Shown piece after piece: positions 10,121-16,846 of a stretch of DNA of 22,134 bases (position 1 is its first letter; the number at the start of each line of letters is the position of its first letter). The DNA is from a virus (Duplodnaviria; Heunggongvirae; Uroviricota; Caudoviricetes). Below the pieces are notes generated by a model. It was not told where the DNA came from. It ran no database searches and worked only from the letters and a program-made list of their open reading frames with translations. The translations under genes were made by a program, and so were the position numbers. The stretch is taken from the IMG/VR virus record IMGVR_UViG_2671180864_000007. The stretch is one strand, 5' to 3'.

Positions 10121-10603
10121 TCAGTGCGCCAGAGACGTGTTGCTGTGGCGACCGTCATCACTTCCGGTCAGCACATCGTGCGTTTTCCCCTTATTGTCAG
10201 TTACGCGGATATAATCCCCGGAAAAAGTCGACACACGGCTGTAAGCCACACCCGCCATCGCATACGCGCTGAACCATTCATTCACGCGCACAGACGGCCC
10301 CGCCATCACGCTGAACCAGCGGTTACGCACGGAATCTTCATGCCAGCGGGTATCGCTGTAACGGGTCAGCTGGCGATTCTTGTCTCCTGCATAGCTGAAT
10401 GACGTCACCAGCCCCAGCGTATCCGTAAACTCATAACGGTATTTCACGTTAATCCCGTTCAGATCATCACTGCCGGGAACGTTGGTCCGGGCATGAAGAT
10501 ACCCCGCGCTCAGCGTGGACTGATGTTCAGACGCCCATGCAGGCGCACCGGATACGGCCAGGCAAATGGCTGCGGACAAAATGGCTGCACAAACTTTACG
10601 CAT
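10121..10603 (-). pseudogene. lom: Lom (Ail/OmpX-family outer membrane protein), copy with an internal deletion of about 88 bp and a premature stop
   Basis: 160-aa ORF identical in the N-terminal part to the intact copy at 7920-8519, ending ...SNTSLAH*. The Lom C-terminal sequence DGFIVGVGYKF* follows out of frame at about 10096-10120, missing about 29 aa plus a frameshift. Confidence 0.7.
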
Positions 10604-10625
10604 AATTACCTCTCGCTTTTCTGCA

Positions 10626-10651
10626 ATAAAAAAGGCGTCATTCCTGACGCC
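10626..10651 (-). terminator. Intrinsic terminator between J and lom (copy 1)
   Basis: Minus strand: stem ggcgtca / tgacgcc with loop ggaa, followed by TTTTTTATT; it lies between the J stop (10674) and the lom start (10603). Confidence 0.55.
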
Positions 10652-10673
10652 ATTTATTGGGGTTATAAATATT

Positions 10674-13600
10674 TCAACGAATACTGATGCCGGAAGCCGC
10701 TTTTTTGGTCACAATCACCGTACAGTCGGTGATATTGCCTGCCCCCTGATTGCCTTTCTGGAAAATCTTAAACTCCAGAGTGACGCTACCACCACCACTA
10801 GGCATATCAATAACTGCACTGTAACTACCGGGAATGGCACCTTTAGTTTCTCTGGATGCGATTAATACGCCGTTTTTGCGAACTTCAAAACCATAACCCG
10901 TGTATCGCGTGCCTCCTGGGTTATTTCCGCTCCCCGGATCGTCATACGCTATACCGTTAAAAATAATGGGCGGAATAATAATCTGGCGGTCAAAGTTATG
11001 ATCATCGCTTATGGTGACTGTAACCGTCCCGTTTGGTGTTTCCGTGTTACCCCACGTACCAGCCTGTTTCGGAAATGATTTGGATACAGCTTTAACGAAG
11101 TCACCTCTGACCTGAGTCGCCTCCAGCATGCCCTTAATCGTACAGTTTTCATTTACCGTGACATTGTTGAGCGTCCCGGCGTTCGCATTCACACTGCCAC
11201 TGATATCCGCATTTTTAGCGGTCAGCTTTCCGTCCGGAGTCAGGGAAAATGCCGATGGATTTCCACCGCTGGTAATGGTGGGGGCCGTCAGGCGTTTCAG
11301 GAACACGTCGTTCATGAATATCTGATCGCCCTGACCAACAAACATCGGTTTTGTGTTGCCATTCGCAGGATTAACCATCGCAATCCTGTCCGCCGCCAGC
11401 AGCACCTGACTCTGCATGCCGTCAGGGGTGTTCTCAATACCGGCACCAATACCCGCGATATAAAGGCGTCCGTCCTGCATCTGCTGCAGCTTCACAGCCC
11501 ACATGCTGTTCAGGTTATTATTTGTATCAACCTGAACCTTCTGTATCTGCTGGATTGCCGCACTCTGGTCTTTCAGTTTCTTATTGACAGTCTGCGTGAT
11601 TTCATTGCTGACATCCGTAATGGACGTCCTGATTTCAGCCAGGTCAGGCGCAAGCTGACCGTTATCAATCTGCGTCCACAGCTCCTGAGCCAGATGGGTT
11701 TTCCCTATCTCGCCTTTGAAAAAATCCAGATAACCGGATGCATCATCACTCGGCTGACCAACAGCCTCCACGAATGCCGATTTGCCAACGGTGTTCACAC
11801 TGCGGATATAAAAGTAATAATCATGGCCCGGTTTGATATTGATACTGGCGGCTATCCAGTACAGCGCCGTGCCAAGATAGCGGGCGCTGGTTTCAACCTG
11901 CCTGATATCCGCAATCCGCTTTTCCGAGAACCAGAACTCAAACTGTACCGTCGGATCATAAACCGCAAGATGCGGCGTGGCGGTTATCTGAAAATAGCCC
12001 GGCGTCAGCTCAATCCGCGACGGTGCTGCCGGTGCGGCAATCCGGAAGGTGGTGGTGGCAGGTTCACCCTGCTGGCCATAGCTGTTTATCGCCCGCACCG
12101 TCAGGGTGTATTCCCCGAGCGGCAGGCCGCTGAAACGGTGCTCCGTGTCTGCGGTGATGGCGGTGGTCACCAGTCTGGCATCCGTTCCCTTACCACTGGT
12201 CAGGCGCAGACTGAAGCGCACACCCTTCACCACCCGCGGCGTGTCCCATTTCGCCTGCGCCAGATACTGGCCGTCAGGTGCTGCACTGCCGGTGGGATGA
12301 CGCTGTTCAGGGAACCTGACTGCGGCTCAAAGCGGGCACCGTTATCCACGATGGCTTCTTTTTCCAGTACGTGCTGCACCGCCGTGATGGCAAAGGTGCC
12401 GTCCGTGTTTTCCCGGACGGAGACACAGCGGAACAGGCGACGGCGCAGTGACGGCAGGGAGAGTCCCCACACCCCGTATGTCTCCACACCATCAGGCAGG
12501 GTACTGACCTGTATCCGGTCCGGCGCGGGGTGTTCGGTGATGTCCACACTCACCGGCTTACCGCTGCCGTTAATCAGGTTCACCGTGGCGGCACCGGTCT
12601 CCGGAAGTGTCACTTCACGGTCCAGCGTCAGAGTGCGGGTGGCAGCATCAATGGACAGGACACGTCCGCCGGTCAGGGTCCCGGCATAGTCGTTATCACA
12701 GATTTCAATGATGTCACCGGGTGTGTGCCGCAGCCCCTGAGACCCGAGCGTGAAATCCACCGTCTGCGTTTCCAGCAGTTCGGTCTTTATCACCCACAGT
12801 CCGGCACGGTGGGCCTGACCGCGGCTGGTACAGCCGAACGCGTCCATCTTCAGCAGGTTGCGTCCGTAGCGCAGTATGGCTTCCGGGTCTTCCACCAGTT
12901 CCGTGGAGGTCTGCCAGCCGTTCTGCGGGTCGGTATAATTCACCTCCACCGCCGTGTGCCGGTCCTTCAGGGCACTGAAGCTGTAGCGGAAACCCACGCC
13001 GTTATCATCCACCACCACATCGCTGTTGGTGTACGGCCACACCACATCCGACGGGCGGTCCTGAACAAACGTCAGCGTCTGGCCGTTCCATACCGGCATA
13101 CAGCGCATCGCCGAGCAGAAATCACTGAGCACGTCCCATGCCTTACGCTGTTGTGCCAGGTACGCATTGAAGGTCATCCGCGGCTCGGTCTCCCCGAAAC
13201 TATCCGGGACCGTCTGGTCGCAGTACTGCCCGATGGCATACAGCGCCCACTTGTCCACATCCGCCGCCCCCAGACGTTTTCCCATGCCGTAGCGCGGGTG
13301 AGTCAGCATGTCCCACAGACACCAGGCCGGATTGTTGCTGTATGCCGGTTTCAGGCTGCCGTCCCAGATACCACTGTACGTGCGTTTTTCCGGGTCATAG
13401 TTTGACGGCACCTGGATGATGCGACCGCGGATATGGTAGTTCACCGTCATCTGCTGGCCGCCGAACTGCTCCGCATCCACCTGCAGCCCCACAATGGCCG
13501 TGTTCGGGTAGCACTGTTTCACATCGATGATTTCGGTGTATGACGACCACAGCGTCTTATTCTGCAGCTGGTCCGTGGTGCTGTCCGCTGTCTCCCGGAC

Positions 13601-14143
13601 CATCCGGATGTTAAAAGGACGGGGAGGCAGATTATCCAGAATCACCGACGCCAGAAACTGCGAGGTGGTCTTGCCGTTAATGGTGACATCCTTTTCTGTC
13701 ACCCAGTTACCGTTACGCTGTAACTGAATCAGCAGGCGGACGGATGTCGGGTTTCGGTCACCCTTTGACGTGGTCTGCACCAGTGACTGCACCCCGAAGG
13801 TAACCCGCAGGCGGTCAATGTTCGCGGACGTAATGGTGCGCGTCACCGGTTTTGCCTTCGTCACTTCCACGCCCAGTCCGGTTTCAGCACCGGAGGACTC
13901 AAAGCCTTCCGGTGGTGTCTGCTCCTGCTCCCCGGCGCGTCAGACCGCCGTCACACCGTGTATCACGGGATTACCGTCCGTGTCCGTCAGCGGGGTTTTG
14001 TTCACCAGGATACTCTGCAGTCCCTTCACCGGACCTTCTATCAGTCCCTCACCAATCGCATCAATCACGCTCATCATCTGCGTGGATTTGAGATTATCCT
14101 TCGCCTCACGAGGCGTGTGTGCCTTACCGCCACCTTTTCCCAT
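10674..14143 (-). pseudogene. J: Central tail fibre / tail tip protein J, disrupted as sequenced: in-frame TGA at 13940-13942 and a frame change within about 12230-12275
   Basis: Three collinear ORF pieces (13940-14143, 12227-13870 extended upstream, 10674-12233) each match lambda J segments (MGKGGGKAHTPREAKDNLKSTQ...; ...TRTITSANIDRLRVTFGVQ...; ...[41 protein letters not shown]...). Pieces 1 and 2 share a frame and are separated only by TGA; piece 3 is in the -1 frame. The last 150 aa or so diverge from lambda. Confidence 0.7.
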
Positions 14144-14249
14144 ACAGCCTTCCCCTGAATAAATTAACCGCCACTTGCCATTCCGTACAGAAGTCGGATA
14201 TCCTTCGCCCGAAAAGCATGAAACACATTTCTGCCATGCTAAAGAGAAA

Positions 14250-14282
14250 CCCCGGTATCAGCAGATACCGGGGTTTTCTTTC
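14250..14282. terminator. Bidirectional intrinsic terminator-like hairpin in the I-J spacer
   Basis: 10-bp stem ccccggtatc / gataccgggg (14250-14259 and 14264-14273) with a 4-nt loop, flanked by AAAGAGAAA upstream and TTTTCTTTC downstream, so a U-rich tail follows on either strand. Confidence 0.5.
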
Positions 14283-14346
14283 ATGCCCACCGATAATCCT
14301 GTTGGTTAAAACCGGTAATGGCATAAAAATTCTGAATATCTTCACA

Positions 14347-14376
14347 TTTTCACAAACTGACTGTGGCGCGTATAAT
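14347..14376 (+). promoter_or_regulatory. Candidate sigma70-type promoter on the plus strand (consensus -10 TATAAT at 14371-14376, weak -35)
   Basis: Perfect TATAAT hexamer in an AT-rich stretch; an alternative extended -10 TGATATAAG lies at 14400-14408. About 65-95 nt upstream of the plus-strand terminator at 14441-14479. Confidence 0.3.
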
Positions 14377-14440
14377 TTCTCTGCGTTAATTTTTTTGTCG
14401 TGATATAAGAATAATTCCTTACACTTAATCTTCGTAACTC

Positions 14441-14479
14441 TCCCGCAGTTCCTGTCCGCGATCACTGCGGGATTTTTTT
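14441..14479 (+). terminator. Plus-strand intrinsic terminator in the I-J spacer
   Basis: Stem tcccgcagt / actgcggga (14441-14449 and 14464-14472) followed by TTTTTTT (14473-14479); there is no U-tract on the minus strand. Confidence 0.5.
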
Positions 14480-14486
14480 ATTCTTT

Positions 14487-15167
14487 TTACCCCTGCCGCC
14501 CGATAACCACGACCTTTCCGCCCCCGCCTTCATCACGGGTGCTGATGTCCTGGGATATACGGCGGGAGCCAACCAGCATTTCCCCGTAAGGCACCGGCAT
14601 CGGGTTCCCCTGGGCAATCATGTTATCCAGTGAGGAAAAGTACGTGTTCTGTCTGCCGTTATCCGTTGCGCGGTAATCCGGTGTTTTTGCCTTCGGGGCC
14701 AGCATCTGGGCCACACCGCCCAGAATCATGCTGGCTCCAAGTGAAAACAGCATCGTGGTGGCAGAAAAACCACCGGCTGCCAGGGCTGAACCCCATAACG
14801 CCATTGATGCCCCGGCAGTGAAGAAAGAGCCCACGATGGCTGCCGCCCCCAGCACAATCTGCAGTCCACCCTTTCCGGCCCCGGCCAGTCGCGGCACAAT
14901 GTGGATGACCGTTCCCTCACCCAGCTGTTCGTGAAGACGGGCGTACACCGCCTCCGGTGCCGTGTCATAACCGGCAATACGTATCTGGTACCAGCCTTCG
15001 TTCATCTGACGGCGAAAGCCCGGCATCTGCATCGACAGGGCGCGAATGGCTTCCGCTGCCGTGTTCACATACAGGCTGAGGCGGCGGCCAAATCGTTGTA
15101 AATCCCCGTGAAGGCAGATGCGTGCCAGTGGCGGTGACGCCAGACTGAATGCGTTCGTCGTTGCCAT
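14487..15167 (-). CDS. I: Tail tip assembly protein I
   Basis: 226-aa ORF MATTNAFSLASPPLARICLHGDLQRFGRR..., collinear with lambda I, including the Gly/Ala-rich hydrophobic segment. Confidence 0.9.
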   Translation of the reverse strand: MATTNAFSLASPPLARICLHGDLQRFGRRLSLYVNTAAEAIRALSMQMPGFRRQMNEGWYQIRIAGYDTAPEAVYARLHEQLGEGTVIHIVPRLAGAGKGGLQIVLGAAAIVGSFFTAGASMALWGSALAAGGFSATTMLFSLGASMILGGVAQMLAPKAKTPDYRATDNGRQNTYFSSLDNMIAQGNPMPVPYGEMLVGSRRISQDISTRDEGGGGKVVVIGRQG

Positions 15168-15808
15168 TTTTCGGAATACCTCTCCCGTTTACTCAGTTGT
15201 TCAGGCAGATGGTGAAGCAGCTCACCGTTGCCGCAGTAAATGGCGGCATGGTTCGGTACCGAAGCACCAAAGCAGCACAGCAGAATATCGCCCGCCTGTG
15301 CAGAGGACAGGGGCACCCGGTAAAAGCCGGTGACCGCCATATTGTCCAGGTAAAGGTTCTGACCGTTGCGCCACCAGTCATCCTCGCGATGAAAATCCGG
15401 CATTTCAGTCCCCGCCAGATGATAAGCATCCCGGAACAGCGTGTAACAGTCCGTCACCCCGTGCTCAAAGCGCCGTCCTGTCAGATGTGGCACACAGCGG
15501 AATTTGTGAATGTCACCCCGGCAGACCAACCACCAGGGCAGTGCGCTTTTTATCTGCAACCGCCGGTCAGCCTCGCTCAGCCAGGGCAGCCCACCGGGAT
15601 GACTGTGGACCAGTGCCACAATCTCCCCCTGCATCTCTGCCCGCAGCCAGTCTTCCGGTGCGATACGAAAATACGCCTCCGGCTCTGCGGAAATATTCAC
15701 ACAAGGGATATACCGCTCCCCCTCCGGCGTGCTTATCACGAAGCCGCACGACTCCGCAGGCGCACACCGCCGGGCATGTGCCAGAATCGCTGATTCAGTC
15801 TGTGTCAT
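15065..15808 (-). CDS. K: Tail tip assembly protein K (JAMM/MPN metalloprotease-like N-domain plus NlpC/P60-like C-domain)
   Basis: Start placed at the internal ATG (15806-15808) giving MTQTESAILAHARR..., the lambda K N-terminus; the longer ORF-track version overlaps L out of frame. Contains E...HSHPGGLPWLSEAD (JAMM-like) and a downstream Cys/His region. 247 aa, with the 3' end overlapping I by about 100 nt as in lambda. Confidence 0.85.
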   Translation of the reverse strand: MTQTESAILAHARRCAPAESCGFVISTPEGERYIPCVNISAEPEAYFRIAPEDWLRAEMQGEIVALVHSHPGGLPWLSEADRRLQIKSALPWWLVCRGDIHKFRCVPHLTGRRFEHGVTDCYTLFRDAYHLAGTEMPDFHREDDWWRNGQNLYLDNMAVTGFYRVPLSSAQAGDILLCCFGASVPNHAAIYCGNGELLHHLPEQLSKRERYSEKWQRRTHSVWRHRHWHASAFTGIYNDLAAASACM

Positions 15809-15818
15809 AAACCGGGAT

Positions 15819-16517
15819 TTACTGCGAAAGTTTATTAATGGAAAGGAAACCGCCAAAATTGCCGACATTCCTGCGCAGTTCACACCCGCGCATGCACTTG
15901 CTGCATCTGTCCTTACGGATATCCGTGGTGGGGTTGTCGAACTCATCCGCCACCGCAGGACCGTTATACCCGCATTCATCTCCCCGGTAATCCCACATAC
16001 AGGTGTTCGCCAGCATGATGCGACCGGGAAACAGCGCCCCGTCCGTCTCGGTCGGTGTAGCCAGCACAAACGAGGCCGTCATGGCTGTCAGCTGCGACAT
16101 CTGCTCCACCACCCAGCGGTCACTCAGCTCCTGCTCCGGGTCCGCCTCCGGATTGCCCGCAACGAAATTCACCGCATCCAGAAAACGGGCATACACCCGG
16201 CGGCGGACCACCGTGGCCCCCACCAGACTCTGCAGGTCTTCCGCCATCCCGGTGACCAGACCGAACAGATTGGACACCGTCAGCGACGGTCTGGCACTGC
16301 TGCCCCGGCCGTTCATCTCAAAGCCGCTGCCGTCAATCGGGTATGCCTCATACTTACGCCCCTGCCAGGTGACCGGCTCCCCTTTTTCATTCAGCTCATT
16401 ACAGAAAAAATACCGCTCACCACCCTGTACCGTCAGGTCGATTTCCCAGAGTACCACCCGCGGTGACTGCTCTGACTTAACCGACTCGTTCAGACTTTCT
16501 TCGCGAATATCCTGCAT
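15819..16517 (-). CDS. L: Minor tail protein L
   Basis: 232-aa ORF MQDIREESLNESVKSEQSPRVVLWEIDLT...GGFLSINKLSQ, matching lambda L. Confidence 0.92.
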   Translation of the reverse strand: MQDIREESLNESVKSEQSPRVVLWEIDLTVQGGERYFFCNELNEKGEPVTWQGRKYEAYPIDGSGFEMNGRGSSARPSLTVSNLFGLVTGMAEDLQSLVGATVVRRRVYARFLDAVNFVAGNPEADPEQELSDRWVVEQMSQLTAMTASFVLATPTETDGALFPGRIMLANTCMWDYRGDECGYNGPAVADEFDNPTTDIRKDRCSKCMRGCELRRNVGNFGGFLSINKLSQ

Positions 16518-16846
16518 CAGTTCACCACCTGCTTAAACTCCGCGCTGAACTCAACGCGCAACATCCCGACCCGCGCAGACCACCCGGCACAGGTCACCTT
16601 TATCTGCCGGTATGCATAGGGTGGCTTCCACAAAAATGCCTTCCAGCCACCGTGCTCTGCCAGGAACGCTTCCAGATGCCGGGCCTCCTCCCGGGTCACG
16701 GAAAGCGTCACCCTGTATGTTTTCAGGTCAGCATTCAGCCCTGCCGCCATACGCTGTGAGTACCCGTCACCAAAACGCACTTCACGCACCGATGGCTGCG
16801 AGTTCACCTCCATATCCGGCTTCACTTTCCAGCGAAAGGTTTTCAT
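16517..16846 (-). CDS. M: Minor tail protein M
   Basis: 109-aa ORF MKTFRWKVKP...EFSAEFKQVVN, near-identical to lambda M. Confidence 0.92.
   Translation of the reverse strand: MKTFRWKVKPDMEVNSQPSVREVRFGDGYSQRMAAGLNADLKTYRVTLSVTREEARHLEAFLAEHGGWKAFLWKPPYAYRQIKVTCAGWSARVGMLRVEFSAEFKQVVN

Noticed and set aside
11694-13405. Plus-strand ORFs of 331 aa and 291 aa antisense to J
   Set aside because: Antisense to J, Arg/Pro-rich with odd composition and no ribosome-binding site; compositional artefact.
14124-14465. 113-aa minus-strand ORF and 94-aa plus-strand ORF filling the I-J spacer
   Set aside because: The minus ORF starts at a GTG inside the terminator stem and overlaps the J start out of frame; the plus ORF runs through both hairpins; neither has a ribosome-binding site. 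More likely non-coding.
15809-16069. N-terminal extension of the K ORF (MCWLHRPRRTG...) as given in the ORF track
   Set aside because: It overlaps L in another frame; the internal ATG at 15808 gives the lambda K N-terminus MTQTESAILAHARR and sits 10 nt after the L stop.
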